Shown: positions 38,451 through 49,113 of the stretch, one piece after another
Layout of the letters: every line of letters begins with the position of its first letter
Numbering within the stretch: the stretch's first letter is position 1
Source: an uncultured Planctomycetia bacterium
GTDB lineage: Bacteria > Omnitrophota > Gorgyraeia > Duberdicusellales > 4484-171
DNA length: 64,000 nt
NCBI GenBank assembly: GCA_964635565.1
Contig: CAZWON010000001.1
Span: 7,020-71,019, forward strand
Direction: 5' to 3'
Translations under genes and position numbers: made by a program
Notes under the pieces: model-generated
Told to the model about the DNA's origin: nothing
The model's database searches: none
Seen by the model: only the letters and a program-made list of their open reading frames with translations

Positions 38451-38957
38451 ATGATTATAAAAGGGAGAGTTCATAAATTTGGAGATAATATCAATACCGA
38501 TGATATCATTCCTGCTAAATATCTTGATTCTCAGGATAAGGTTTTTCTGGGCTCAAAGTGTATGGAAAATATTGATGCTTCTTTTGCAAAACGTATAAAG
38601 AAAGGTGATATAATAGTTGCAGGTAAAAATTTTGGCTGTGGGTCTAGCCGTGAACATGCTTCATGGGCAATTAAAGGATGCGGAATATCTCTGGTTATTG
38701 CTAAAAGTTTTGCGAGAATTTTTTATCGTAACAGTATAAATGTAGGTTTGCCAATTTTGATTTTTCCTTATACAGATGCAATTAATAACAGTGATATCCT
38801 TGAAGTTAATCTTACAAAAGGCGAAATTAAAAATATTTCTCAGAATAGAGTTTATACTTGCGATAAGTTTCCTTTTTTTATGCGTCAGATAATAAATGCA
38901 GGAGGAGTTATTGCTTGGATAAAGGGGAGGAAAAATGCCTCACACCAAAAAAGTTAA
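38451..38957 (+). CDS. leuD: 3-isopropylmalate dehydratase small subunit (short type)
   Basis: Aconitase swivel domain ([13 protein letters not shown]). Confidence 0.85.
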   Translation: MIIKGRVHKFGDNINTDDIIPAKYLDSQDKVFLGSKCMENIDASFAKRIKKGDIIVAGKNFGCGSSREHASWAIKGCGISLVIAKSFARIFYRNSINVGLPILIFPYTDAINNSDILEVNLTKGEIKNISQNRVYTCDKFPFFMRQIINAGGVIAWIKGRKNASHQKS

Positions 38958-39174
38958 AGTGACATTGTTTACGGTTAATGCAAAAATAGAGGGGTATCTT
39001 CCTTTAGGAGAAGGCTTATTGCTTTCTAATTATTTAAATAAGGCAACGACCCATTTTATTACTTTAACAAAAGTCTCTGTATATAATTGGGAGGGGAGAG
39101 TGCAGTTCGATGCCCCATTTTTGTGTGTCAATAAAGAGTCTATTATTTTTGCAAAAAGTGAGGGAGATAAATGA
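38935..39174 (+). CDS. Hypothetical 79-aa protein embedded in the leuCD-leuB operon
   Basis: Open frame overlapping the leuD end by 23 nt. Its stop overlaps the leuB ATG (ATGA). No recognisable motif. Confidence 0.4.
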   Translation: MPHTKKVKVTLFTVNAKIEGYLPLGEGLLLSNYLNKATTHFITLTKVSVYNWEGRVQFDAPFLCVNKESIIFAKSEGDK

Positions 39175-40226
39175 AAGAGTATAAAATTGCGGTTATTCCA
39201 GGTGATGGCACAGGTCCTGAAGTTATTAGAGAAGGGCTTAAAGTTCTAGAAGCAGTTAGCAAGAAATTTAGCTTTAAATACCAGAAAGTGCTTTATGATT
39301 TAGGAGGAGAAAGGTTTCTTAAGACCAAAGAGGTGATGCCGAGTAGTGTGTTAAGAGAGCTAAAAGATGTAGATGTAATATATTTGGGGGCGATAGGAGA
39401 TCCGAGAGTTAAACCAGGGATTTTAGAAAAAGGAATTCTTTTGCGTCTTCGCTTTGAATTAGACCAGTATATTAATCTGAGACCTGTGGTTCTTTATGAC
39501 AAACGCTTTTGCCCTTTAAGAGATAAGGAAGAAAAAGATATTGACTTTGTGGTCGTGCGCGAGAATACTGAAGGGCTCTACTGTGGGGCAGGAGGATTCT
39601 TGCGGAAAAATACCCGAGAAGAAGTAGCTATTCAGGAAAGCATAAACACTTATAAAGGAGTTGAGCGATGCATACGGTTTGCTTTTGAATATGCCCAAAA
39701 AAGAAATAAGAAAAGACAAGTTACTTTATGCGGGAAGACAAATGTTTTAACGTTTGCTTTTGATTTATGGGAAAGGATTTTTTATAAAGTTGCCGAAGAA
39801 TATCCTGGTATAAAAACCGATTATGCCCATGTTGATGCAACGTGCATGTGGATGGTCAAAAATCCTGAGTGGTTTGATGTAATTGTTACGGATAATATGT
39901 TTGGAGATATTATTACCGATTTAGGAGCAATTATTCAAGGAGGTATGGGTATTGCGGCGGGAGGTAATATCAATCCTGATGGTGTTTCTATGTTTGAACC
40001 CATAGGGGGCAGTGCCCCTAAGTATACAGGTAAGAATGTTATTAATCCTTTAGCAGCAATTTGTGCACTTTCTATGATGCTTAATTTTTTAGGAGAGATA
40101 AAATCTGCAGAGGCAATAGAGAATTCTGTAAAAAAAGTTGTGCGAGAAAAATTAAAGAGTCTTGCTGCTGGTAGGATGGGGTATTCTACTACAGAAGTTG
40201 GGGATTTGGTAGTGAAGAATCTTTAG
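39171..40226 (+). CDS. leuB: 3-isopropylmalate dehydrogenase
   Basis: [13 protein letters not shown]; isocitrate/isopropylmalate dehydrogenase signature. Confidence 0.88.
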   Translation: MKEYKIAVIPGDGTGPEVIREGLKVLEAVSKKFSFKYQKVLYDLGGERFLKTKEVMPSSVLRELKDVDVIYLGAIGDPRVKPGILEKGILLRLRFELDQYINLRPVVLYDKRFCPLRDKEEKDIDFVVVRENTEGLYCGAGGFLRKNTREEVAIQESINTYKGVERCIRFAFEYAQKRNKKRQVTLCGKTNVLTFAFDLWERIFYKVAEEYPGIKTDYAHVDATCMWMVKNPEWFDVIVTDNMFGDIITDLGAIIQGGMGIAAGGNINPDGVSMFEPIGGSAPKYTGKNVINPLAAICALSMMLNFLGEIKSAEAIENSVKKVVREKLKSLAAGRMGYSTTEVGDLVVKNL

Positions 40227-40247
40227 TTACATACACACAAGATTGGT

Positions 40248-41282
40248 ATGAGGAAAAAAGAGAGGTACAATATAGCAGTTATTGGCGTAGGAGCAGTAGG
40301 GATAGAGATGCTGCGTATTTTAAAGCAGCGTTCTTTTCCTGTTAATAAGTTAAGAGTTTTTGCTCGTAGTGAAAGGGATATTACCGTTGATGGGGATATT
40401 TATCATGTAGAAGCAATTGAGGGTAAATCTTTTAGCGGAATAGATATTGCTTTTTTTGCAGGAACCGAAGGAGAAAAAGGAGCATCAGTTACCTATGCGG
40501 ATAAGTTTATTTCCGGGGGGGCAGTAGTTATTGATAATGGTGCAGATTTTCGTCTAAAGGAAGGAGTGCCTTTAATTGTTCCTGAGGCAAACCGTAAGGA
40601 AATTTTAACCCATAAGGGATTAATTGCTAATCCTAATTGTACTACCATTCAGATGATTGTGGCTTTAGCAGGAGTATATAAAAAGTATGGTTTAGCTCAG
40701 ATTATTCTTACCAGTTTTCAGGCAACAAGTGGAGCAGGTAGGAGAGCAGTTGAGACACTTTGCAATGAGACTGTCCGTATTGTAGATAAAAATAGGGACA
40801 AAGAATTTCTTTTATGGGAGAAGAGAATTGACAAATTTTCTGAAGTGTTTCCTTCTCAAATTGTTTTTAATGTAATTCCCCAGATAGGAGAATTTAAGGA
40901 TAACGGTTATACTAGTGAAGAAGAGAAAGTAGTCTGTGAGACGCATAAGATCTTTTCCGATGCAGAGATAAAAGTCTCTGCTACGTGTGTGCGGGTTCCT
41001 GTATTTACTTCACACTCAGAGGCTATTTATTTTACAACAAAAAAAGATGTTACCTTCAAAGATATTGAAAATACCATTGCTAATTCTGAAGGAATTAAGT
41101 TTCTTTGTAGGGACAGTTATCCTTTGCCTCTTGATGCAGAGAATAAAGATGAAGTTTATGTGGGAAGATTGCGCCTTGACCCTTTTAACAAGAATTCTTT
41201 CTGGTTGTGGTGTGTAGGAGATAATCTTCGGAAAGGAGCTGCTTTGAATGCTATTCAAATTGCTGAAGAATTGATTAGATAG
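40248..41282 (+). CDS. asd: Aspartate-semialdehyde dehydrogenase
   Basis: NIAVIGVGAVG Rossmann fold; active-site Cys in IANPNCTT. Confidence 0.88.
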   Translation: MRKKERYNIAVIGVGAVGIEMLRILKQRSFPVNKLRVFARSERDITVDGDIYHVEAIEGKSFSGIDIAFFAGTEGEKGASVTYADKFISGGAVVIDNGADFRLKEGVPLIVPEANRKEILTHKGLIANPNCTTIQMIVALAGVYKKYGLAQIILTSFQATSGAGRRAVETLCNETVRIVDKNRDKEFLLWEKRIDKFSEVFPSQIVFNVIPQIGEFKDNGYTSEEEKVVCETHKIFSDAEIKVSATCVRVPVFTSHSEAIYFTTKKDVTFKDIENTIANSEGIKFLCRDSYPLPLDAENKDEVYVGRLRLDPFNKNSFWLWCVGDNLRKGAALNAIQIAEELIR

Positions 41283-41839
41283 TCTTTCTTTATATTCAAT
41301 TAAATAGCTTATAATATTTAGTATACTTTATGTACAAGAGCGTGTTATTCTGCATTGTATAAAAAGGGATTCCTTTTTAGTCTTGTGCGAGTAAGTCATT
41401 CTATTTAAGAAGCAGATATCACTATCGAGATAATCCCAAAAGATACAGAAAATACTTTCTAGGAAAAAACAGAGTTTACTTCAGAGGAAGACATAGCTAT
41501 CTCTTGAAGATGCGGTTAAGGAGAAGATCAAGTCTTTTTTCTCCTGTAAAAATATTTTGTGAGTTAACACGTTGCTGAGACCTCCTGCTGTATGTTTTTT
41601 TCAATATGCAAAGGTTGTTGTTGCTCTTTATGATAAAGAAGGTATAAAGAAAGCATTTCTACTCTTACTGAGGACGGAAGCATTAAGCAAGAGATAGAGA
41701 TAAGATAAAAATGTTTGATTTGGTCCTTTTAGAATCACACCAAAGTTTTCTATAAAAGGCTTAAAATTGTTCCCAACTTCCCTATTAATAAAACTTTCTA
41801 TATTATTTTACCTTTCTTTCTTTATGCTATAATTATCTT

Positions 41840-42634
41840 ATGATGAAAAATATATTTTTAGAAATTGAATATGATGGTAGCGAGTATTTTGGCTGGCAGA
41901 TACAAAAGGAAAGATTAAAAAATCCAGACATTAAATTAAAAGGACATAAAGAAAAAGTAAAAACTATCCAGGGAGAATTAGAAAGTTCTCTTGAAAAACT
42001 TTTTAGGAAAAAGATAAGAGTTGTTTATGCAGGAAGGACTGACCGTGGTGTCCATGCAAAAGGGCAGTGTGTTAATTTTAAGATTGATACAGCAATACCT
42101 CTTAAAAAAATAAAAATCGCTTTAAATGCATTGCTCCCTGAGAATATAAGAATTAAAAAGATTAAATTTGTGCCATTAAGTTTTCATGCTCGTTTTAGCG
42201 CAAAATCAAAGGTCTATCGTTATGTTATTCTAAATAAAAAAGACCCTTCTGTTTTTTTATACAAATATGCATGGTATTTACCTCAGAGGGTAGAAATAGA
42301 AAGAATGAAGGAAATCGCTTCTTACCTTAAAGGAGAAAGAGACTTTTTCTTTTTCGCTAAAGGAGCATTGAGATATAAAAGTTGCTGTCGGAAGATGATT
42401 AACGTTTCTGTAAGAAAGAGACAATCTTTAATTTATATTGATATGGAAGCAACAGGCTTTTTGAGGAACATGGCGAGGAATATTGTTATGTTTTTAGTGA
42501 AGATAGGAGAGGGAAAGATTAATTTAAAAGAAGCTAAGAAGATAATAGATAGGAAAATAGCTTATATTCCTAACCCTGCTCCTGCGAAAGGACTGTATCT
42601 TTGGAAAGTAAAGTATGAAGAAGAGAAAAATTGA
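41840..42634 (+). CDS. truA: tRNA pseudouridine(38-40) synthase
   Basis: LEIEYDGSEYFGWQ and catalytic RTDRGVHAKGQ. Confidence 0.88.
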   Translation: MMKNIFLEIEYDGSEYFGWQIQKERLKNPDIKLKGHKEKVKTIQGELESSLEKLFRKKIRVVYAGRTDRGVHAKGQCVNFKIDTAIPLKKIKIALNALLPENIRIKKIKFVPLSFHARFSAKSKVYRYVILNKKDPSVFLYKYAWYLPQRVEIERMKEIASYLKGERDFFFFAKGALRYKSCCRKMINVSVRKRQSLIYIDMEATGFLRNMARNIVMFLVKIGEGKINLKEAKKIIDRKIAYIPNPAPAKGLYLWKVKYEEEKN

Positions 42635-44153
42635 TATTTATAATATTTTCGGTTTTAGTTTGCTCATTCTAATTACTATACTGTCTTGTGTACGTTTTAA
42701 TTATCTTCCTCAGTTTATCGATGATTATTACCATTTGTCCGTAGCTTTTGGTTTTATTAAATCAGGAGGGTGGACAGGGATAGACTGGTGGAATTTTTCT
42801 CCTTATGGTCGGCCTCATCTTTACCCACCCTTGTATCATTTTGTTATTGTTAGTTTAATATCTATGGGTATTGATGGAATAACAGCATTAAGAATCACAG
42901 AAATATTAATTGTTCCTCTTTTTTTCTTTTTATTATGGTATATTTTTAAAAAGCAGATTTCCTCTTTTTTTTCGTTTTTTTTTCTTATAATATCCAGCAG
43001 TTTTTTTGCTTTCTATTCTTCAGTTTCTGGAAATATCCCTGCTTCTTTAGCAGTAATTTTTGGAGTTTTATGTTGGTATTTTCTAAAAGAAGGAAAGATA
43101 ATTTCTAGTATTTTATTTTTAGCCCTTTCTTTTTATACCCACGCTGGTATTCCTTGGATTTTTGTTATATCTTTGTTAATTTTAGGAATTTTTAGTAAAG
43201 AATGGCGAAAAAAGTCCTTACTTATAATTTCAGCTTCTATTGTATTAGCTTCCCCTTTTATTATTCACCAGCTCCATTATCTTTCTTATGTCCATTTAAC
43301 GGTATTAAGAGAAGTTAGATTTTCTCATTATAGTATTCTTATTTTGTTAGCAGGTTTATTTTCTTTGCTTTACTGTCTCAAGATAAGAGGATTTTTTAGT
43401 TTCTTGTTTCTGGGGTATACTTTAGGAAGTATAGTTGTATTTTTTAAATACCCCTATCGTTTTTTTTCTGCCCAAGGGATGTTGGGTTTATGTATGGGGA
43501 TAGCTTATATTTTAGGCTATTTTAGAAAAAATTTGTCTTCTAAGAAAGAGTTTTTAATTACGCTAATTTTAGGATTATTTTTTTTCTTTATCCATCCTAC
43601 CGTTGATTTAAAGAACGGAAAGCTTAAATATAATTTTTTAAACTCAACTTATTATAATTTTATTTCAGGAAAATTCGTTCATATGTTTGAATTTAATACT
43701 TTATTTTACCCTAAATACTATACTCCTATTGTGGAGGTAATTAAGAAATATACTAATGCTAATGATATTATTGCTTCTAATATTCCTGTAGCTTCGCAAA
43801 TTTTTTCTGCTTTAAGTAACAGACCTACTTCTTCTTCTATAATGGTAGAGGTAGAGAGCTTTAAAAGAGTCTCTCCTTATAGGCTTGCAAAAATTATTGT
43901 TTGGATTAGGCCAGAATATAAAGAGCTTAATTACTGGATAAAAAGATTTAATCTTATTAAACTTTATGATAATGAATTAGGCATTGTGCTTTTAAATCCC
44001 CATTATTCTGGTAATTTTACTCCTTTAAAAGCAAAAATCTCCTTTAAAATAGTTAATTTATGCTCTTTATTTTTTCTCTTTATTTTTCTTTTAGATAATG
44101 TTAAAATTTTAGGAAAGAATAGAGTGGTATTATTTAGGAAGGAAGACGTATGA
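42615..44153 (+). CDS. Polytopic membrane protein, GT-C-fold glycosyltransferase-like (PMT/ArnT-like)
   Basis: 512 aa, more than 10 TM helices. First-loop DDYYH motif resembles the GT39/GT83 DE/DD motif. Large C-terminal extracytoplasmic region. Confidence 0.45.
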   Translation: MKKRKIDIYNIFGFSLLILITILSCVRFNYLPQFIDDYYHLSVAFGFIKSGGWTGIDWWNFSPYGRPHLYPPLYHFVIVSLISMGIDGITALRITEILIVPLFFFLLWYIFKKQISSFFSFFFLIISSSFFAFYSSVSGNIPASLAVIFGVLCWYFLKEGKIISSILFLALSFYTHAGIPWIFVISLLILGIFSKEWRKKSLLIISASIVLASPFIIHQLHYLSYVHLTVLREVRFSHYSILILLAGLFSLLYCLKIRGFFSFLFLGYTLGSIVVFFKYPYRFFSAQGMLGLCMGIAYILGYFRKNLSSKKEFLITLILGLFFFFIHPTVDLKNGKLKYNFLNSTYYNFISGKFVHMFEFNTLFYPKYYTPIVEVIKKYTNANDIIASNIPVASQIFSALSNRPTSSSIMVEVESFKRVSPYRLAKIIVWIRPEYKELNYWIKRFNLIKLYDNELGIVLLNPHYSGNFTPLKAKISFKIVNLCSLFFLFIFLLDNVKILGKNRVVLFRKEDV

Positions 44154-44449
44154 AAGAGGAGAAGAAGGATAAGTCGCAGGGTGAACGGCGGAAATACTTC
44201 AGGAAAGAAATAATTACAAATCTTAGTTATAGAGTTATTACCCCTTGTGGAGGAGAGGGTGTTACGTGTAACATTAGTGAAGGTGGATTGTGTATTGTTT
44301 TAGATAAAGAGATTCCTTTAGGGAGTATTCTTGAGTTAAAGTTCGAGCTTCCTGGCAAGGAAAGTGGTTTCATTGAGACTTATGCCCGTGTAATATGGCA
44401 GGAAAAGATAGATAAAGGATTTATTACAGGGGTAAAATTCGGGACTTAA
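44150..44449 (+). CDS. PilZ-domain protein (putative c-di-GMP receptor)
   Basis: RRKYFRKE (RxxxR) and CNISEGGLCI (N/DxSxxG) PilZ motifs. ATGA overlap with the upstream membrane protein. Confidence 0.65.
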   Translation: MKEEKKDKSQGERRKYFRKEIITNLSYRVITPCGGEGVTCNISEGGLCIVLDKEIPLGSILELKFELPGKESGFIETYARVIWQEKIDKGFITGVKFGT

Positions 44450-44468
44450 CACATCTTTAAAGTTGTTG

Positions 44469-44497
44469 TTGACAATCTCCTACCCCTCTGTTATATT
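44469..44497 (+). promoter_or_regulatory. Sigma70-like promoter upstream of mreB
   Basis: TTGACA(44469-44474), 17-nt spacer, TATATT(44492-44497), about 22 nt before the mreB ATG. Confidence 0.4.
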
Positions 44498-44519
44498 TTA
44501 CTGTAAAAAATAGTTTAAA

Positions 44520-45581
44520 ATGGGAAGAGGTATAAGGACAATTTTAAGAAGATTGAGTAACCTCTTTGGTGCTTTTTCTAATGATATTGGGATTGATTTA
44601 GGTACTGCTACTACTTTAGTATATGTAAAAGGAGAGGGGATTGTTTTGTGTGAGCCTTCTGTTGTGGCAATTTACAAGAATACTAAAGATGTATGGGCAG
44701 TAGGAGAAGAGGCAAAAAAAATGTTAGGGAAAACCCCAGGAAGCGTTGTGGCTATAAGGCCGATGAAAGACGGAGTAATTGCAGATTTTGACATAACAGA
44801 GAGTATGCTACGGCATTTTATTAAAAAGGTACATCCGCGAAAAGTTATTGTTGGACCTCGAGTAGTGATAGCTGTTCCTTCAGGTATTACTGAAGTAGAA
44901 AAGAGAGCGGTTAAGGATTCTGCTCTTAGAGCAGGAGCAAGAGAGGTTATTCCTGTAGAAGAGCCTATTGCTGCTGCAATAGGAGTAGGGTTGCCTATTG
45001 CTGAACCCCAAGGCAATATGATTATTGATATTGGTGGAGGTACTACAGAGATTGCTGTAATATCATTGGGAGGTATTGTGTATGCTCGTTCTATAAGAGT
45101 AGGGGGCGATGAAATGGATGAGGCTATAATTGAGCATATGAAAAAGAATTACAACCTTATGATTGGAGAACGTACTGCTGAGGAGATAAAAATAAAGATA
45201 GGTTCCGCCTGGCCACTGGATGAGGAACTTACAATAGAAGTTAGAGGGCGGGATTTAATAACAGGTCTTCCTAAATTTATCCGTGTTAATTCTGAGGAAA
45301 TAAGAGAAGCTCTTCAGGCTCCTCTAAAAGAAATAGTAGAGGCAACAAAGGTGACTTTAGAACGAACTCCTCCTGAATTAGCTGCTGATCTTATTGAGAG
45401 AGGTATTGTACTCTGCGGAGGAGGTTCGCAACTGAAAGGATTAGATAAATTGATATCAGAAGAAACAGGGCTTGCTTCTTTTACTACGGATGATCCTTTA
45501 ACAGCAGTTGCCCTGGGAACAGGCAAAATCTTAGAAGAGCATAAGTTTTTAAAACAAATCTCTCTTGTATCTACCTTCTAA
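44520..45581 (+). CDS. mreB: Rod shape-determining protein MreB
   Basis: [14 protein letters not shown] actin-fold phosphate-1 motif. Confidence 0.92.
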   Translation: MGRGIRTILRRLSNLFGAFSNDIGIDLGTATTLVYVKGEGIVLCEPSVVAIYKNTKDVWAVGEEAKKMLGKTPGSVVAIRPMKDGVIADFDITESMLRHFIKKVHPRKVIVGPRVVIAVPSGITEVEKRAVKDSALRAGAREVIPVEEPIAAAIGVGLPIAEPQGNMIIDIGGGTTEIAVISLGGIVYARSIRVGGDEMDEAIIEHMKKNYNLMIGERTAEEIKIKIGSAWPLDEELTIEVRGRDLITGLPKFIRVNSEEIREALQAPLKEIVEATKVTLERTPPELAADLIERGIVLCGGGSQLKGLDKLISEETGLASFTTDDPLTAVALGTGKILEEHKFLKQISLVSTF

Positions 45582-46296
45582 ATTCACTAAATCAAAATTT
45601 GGTATTCTCCTATTAATACTCGTAGTACTTATAGTATATTTTTTTGTCCATTCTTTTTTTAAAAGGGTAGCTATATATTTTTATGGGAATTTTCTTTTCT
45701 CTAACAGTAGACTTAAACAGGAGATAGTAAGGATTAAAGCGGATAATCTGCGTCTTTCCCTGGAGAAGAAATATTATCAGGACATAAAAAAGGAAAATGA
45801 AAAGTTAAGACGCATCTTAGGGCTTAAAGAGGAGTATAGAATAGATATTCTTCCTTTAAGAGTAATAAGTGCAGTGCCAACAAGATTTAAGAGGACTATT
45901 TTTGTGAAGGGAGGAAAAGACCATAAGTTAAAAGAAAATACTCCTGTTCTAGACGAAGAAGGTTTCTTAATAGGAAAGATTTCTAAGGTTTATAATAATT
46001 TTTCAGAAATAACCCTTATTAATGACCCAGATTTCTTTATTACAGTTAAAATAGGAAATAATTTGGGACTTTTAAGAGGAACACTTTATGGGATGCTTAA
46101 GGTATATTATATTGAGAAGGATGTAGAGATTGACGATAATGAGGAAGTTTTAGCATTATTGTATTCTTGGGGAAGAAATTTTCCTATAGGAAAGGTAGTT
46201 AAGATAAAGAAATTATCTAATAGTTTTTTTATGGATATCACTGTTAAGCCATATTCTAAGCTCTATCCTTCCTTAATAGTTTTTGCAGTTAAATGA
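45565..46296 (+). CDS. mreC: Rod shape-determining protein MreC
   Basis: N-terminal TM, coiled coil, MreC beta domains; position. Confidence 0.8.
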   Translation: MYLPSKFTKSKFGILLLILVVLIVYFFVHSFFKRVAIYFYGNFLFSNSRLKQEIVRIKADNLRLSLEKKYYQDIKKENEKLRRILGLKEEYRIDILPLRVISAVPTRFKRTIFVKGGKDHKLKENTPVLDEEGFLIGKISKVYNNFSEITLINDPDFFITVKIGNNLGLLRGTLYGMLKVYYIEKDVEIDDNEEVLALLYSWGRNFPIGKVVKIKKLSNSFFMDITVKPYSKLYPSLIVFAVK

Positions 46297-46343
46297 GAAG
46301 AACTGAAATATAATTTTAACTTTTAAATTTTAGTTTTTATGAT

Positions 46344-46787
46344 ATGAGAGATGTGGGTTTAAGGACTTTTGTACTTTTATTTATTCTTTTTTTTCTTGAT
46401 ATGGCAGTCCCTTTAGATTTTATTTTTAAGATAGATTTTCTTATGATAGGAATAATCTTTATTACTTTTTATATGGATTATACCTTTGTTTTATTTTACG
46501 TTATTTTATTTGGTATGGCAAAAGATGCGGTATCTTCTAATTTTCTGCCTTTTTATACTTGCAACTTTATTTTTACTGTTTTATTGATAAAAATACTCTT
46601 AAGACATTTTAGAGATAAGACTCTTTTTAGACTTATTATCGCTATTATAGCTATAATCTTTAATCTTATTCTTAATATATTTGTTGTAAGATATATATCC
46701 TTATTGTTCTCCTTAAGTTTTATTCTTTACTCTTTTTGTGGATTTCTTCTTATGGATTATGCCTTAAAACAATGGATAAAAGAGTAA
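46344..46787 (+). CDS. mreD: Rod shape-determining protein MreD
   Basis: Small polytopic membrane protein between mreC and mrdA. Confidence 0.65.
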   Translation: MRDVGLRTFVLLFILFFLDMAVPLDFIFKIDFLMIGIIFITFYMDYTFVLFYVILFGMAKDAVSSNFLPFYTCNFIFTVLLIKILLRHFRDKTLFRLIIAIIAIIFNLILNIFVVRYISLLFSLSFILYSFCGFLLMDYALKQWIKE

Positions 46788-48469
46788 TTAGGAGAGTAAC
46801 TCTTATAGGGTTTTCGCTTATTCTGGGAGGATTGTTTTACTTTCAGATTATCAAGGGCGATTATTATTTGGTAAGATCTAAGGCTAACTATATAAAGGTT
46901 ATTCCTCAGGATACAATAAGGGGTTCTATTTTGGACAGAAATAAAAAGTTACTTGCTTATGACAAACCTATTTTTAACATTGCTGTTATTCCTTATCAGA
47001 TAAGAAATAAAAAAAGAGACCTTTTCTATGAGCTGTCTCATTTCTTAGGCGTTCCTTACAATAAAATAAATAGTAACTATAATCGCAATGTAAAAAGTTT
47101 CTTTGCTCCGGTAAGTATTATAGAAGATATTAGCAAAGAAGAAGCATTACGTACAAAGGAGAGATTCGGTGATGATATAATCATTAAAGAGATGCCGTTT
47201 CGTTTTTATCCTTTTAGTAAGGAAGTCTCTCATATTTTAGGATATGTAAAAAGAGCAGAAATTTTATACAATAAGCTTAAAGCTTATGGTTACACTCCTT
47301 ATCAAAGGGTAGGCTTCTTAGGAGTGGAGCAGTATTACGATAGTTATTTAAGAGGTAAAGACGGCGGTAAATTAGTTGAGGTAGATTCGAGTGGTAAGAT
47401 AGTAGGGTTTTTAGGTGAACAGGTTCCTCAGCGAGGAATAGATATTACCTTAACTATAGATTTACGTATGCAGATAGCTGCTTATAAGGCATTATCGGAA
47501 GAGAAAGGAGCCATTATTTTGATGGACCCTTACAATGGAGAGATTTTTGTACTTTGTTCTCGGCCTTCTTATGACCTTAATAAGGTTACAAAGGGCAAAG
47601 GTGTCCAAAATATTTTTAGAGACAAAAGGAAACCCTTTATTAACCGGACAATCCAGGCAACTTATCCTTTAGGGTCAGTTTTTAAGCCTATTGTTGCTAT
47701 AGCAGGTTTAGAAGAGAAGTTAATAAGTAAAGATACTACTTTTAATTGTCCCGGATATTTTATATTTAAGGATTCAAAATTTTCTTGCTGGGATATTCAT
47801 GGAGTTCAGAATCTTATTGATGCGCTCGTTCATTCCTGCAATGTTTATTTTTATAATCTCGGTTTAAGAGCAGGAATAGAGAGAATTTACCGGTGGGCAA
47901 AAAAATTTAATTTTGGCAAGAAAACAGACATCGACTTACCTTATGAAAAGAAAGGTATTGTGCCTAATCCTAAGTGGAAACGAAAATATAGAAAAAAGAT
48001 GTGGTTTACAGGAGATACCATAAACATTTCTATTGGGCAAGGCTATTTAGAAGTAACCCCCCTGCAGGCATTAGTGGCAATCTCTGCTTTTGCCAATGGA
48101 GGTTATATTGTAAGGCCTCATCTTCTTAAGAAGATTGGAGATGAAGAAACTGCCTTTTTGAGTAAGAATTATCTTAATATTTCTTCTTTTCATCTTAAAA
48201 TAATAAAAGAAGGTTTAAGAGAGGCTGTTTTAAGAAAAAGTGGAACTGCCCATTTGCTTTATAATCTATCTTTAGGTATTGCTGGTAAAACGGGTACTGC
48301 CCAGACTTCGGGGAAATCACATGGTTGGTTTGTGGGGTTTTTTCCTTATCGCCGACCCCGATATAGTATATGTGTATTTTTAGAGAACGCAGGCTCAAGT
48401 TATAGAGCCTTAAAAGTAGCTTACCAACTTTTGTTGCAATTTAAAAGAGAGGGTTTAATTAAAGATTAA
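46772..48469 (+). CDS. mrdA: Penicillin-binding protein 2 (elongasome transpeptidase)
   Basis: SVFKP (SxxK), SCN, KTGT motifs. Start is probably MDKRVIRR at 46772; the track ORF begins at 46736. Confidence 0.85.
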   Translation: MDKRVIRRVTLIGFSLILGGLFYFQIIKGDYYLVRSKANYIKVIPQDTIRGSILDRNKKLLAYDKPIFNIAVIPYQIRNKKRDLFYELSHFLGVPYNKINSNYNRNVKSFFAPVSIIEDISKEEALRTKERFGDDIIIKEMPFRFYPFSKEVSHILGYVKRAEILYNKLKAYGYTPYQRVGFLGVEQYYDSYLRGKDGGKLVEVDSSGKIVGFLGEQVPQRGIDITLTIDLRMQIAAYKALSEEKGAIILMDPYNGEIFVLCSRPSYDLNKVTKGKGVQNIFRDKRKPFINRTIQATYPLGSVFKPIVAIAGLEEKLISKDTTFNCPGYFIFKDSKFSCWDIHGVQNLIDALVHSCNVYFYNLGLRAGIERIYRWAKKFNFGKKTDIDLPYEKKGIVPNPKWKRKYRKKMWFTGDTINISIGQGYLEVTPLQALVAISAFANGGYIVRPHLLKKIGDEETAFLSKNYLNISSFHLKIIKEGLREAVLRKSGTAHLLYNLSLGIAGKTGTAQTSGKSHGWFVGFFPYRRPRYSICVFLENAGSSYRALKVAYQLLLQFKREGLIKD

Positions 48470-48654
48470 GGTTATCTAAAAAGGTTATTAGAAATATTTA
48501 AAAGAAGTAAAATATAAAATTAAAATTCACAATATAAATAATGTCTGTTATTATTATGTTATCAAGGAGAGAAGATAATTTTTGTGTCTTGTGGTATATT
48601 TGATAATCAAGATAGGTTGTTTTAAGAGAAGGATATTTATAACAAGGAGCGAGT

Positions 48655-49095
48655 ATGATTTATAGAAATAGGAAACCTTCTTCTATAGAGGAAAAAGCAA
48701 AAAAAACACAGGGTGATACATTTAAACCTGAGGATATCGATGTATCTATTTTACAGACTATCCCTTATAAGTATCCACAAAATAAAATAACAGTGAAACT
48801 GCAGTCTAACGAGTTCACATGTCTTTGTCCTTTCTCAGGTTTACCTGATTATGCATACCTTTCAATTTCCTATATTCCTTATAGAAAGCTCATTGAACTT
48901 AAGTCATTAAAGTATTATTTGTATGCTTTTAGAAGTGTTAAAGTTTATAATGAGCACGCGGTGAATAAGATTATGGAGGATTTGAGAAAAGTTCTTAGGC
49001 CTCGCCAGATTATAGTAGAAGCAGAGTTTACAACGCGAGGCGGGATTAAAAACAAGGTAACTGCTTCTTATATTTCTAATAAAAGACACCGTTAA
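48655..49095 (+). CDS. queF: NADPH-dependent 7-cyano-7-deazaguanine reductase
   Basis: EFTCLCP active-site Cys motif and ELKSLKYYL..FR. Confidence 0.85.
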   Translation: MIYRNRKPSSIEEKAKKTQGDTFKPEDIDVSILQTIPYKYPQNKITVKLQSNEFTCLCPFSGLPDYAYLSISYIPYRKLIELKSLKYYLYAFRSVKVYNEHAVNKIMEDLRKVLRPRQIIVEAEFTTRGGIKNKVTASYISNKRHR

Positions 49096-49113
49096 TAGGG
49101 GAAATGAAGTAGA

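Noticed and set aside
41283-41839. tRNA, tmRNA or SRP RNA in the asd-truA gap
   Set aside because: No GTTCGAATC-type T-loop, no tag-peptide reading frame ending in ALAA-like residues, and no SRP domain-IV motif were visible by eye. The region is reported only as an unexplained gap.
48470-48654. Possible preQ1 riboswitch upstream of queF
   Set aside because: queF is a classic preQ1-riboswitch target, and a small hairpin (tcttg...caaga around 48585-48610) exists. However I could not match the preQ1-I consensus (short stem-loop followed by an A-rich tail pairing with the loop) or the preQ1-II features. An Infernal scan would be needed; not claimed.
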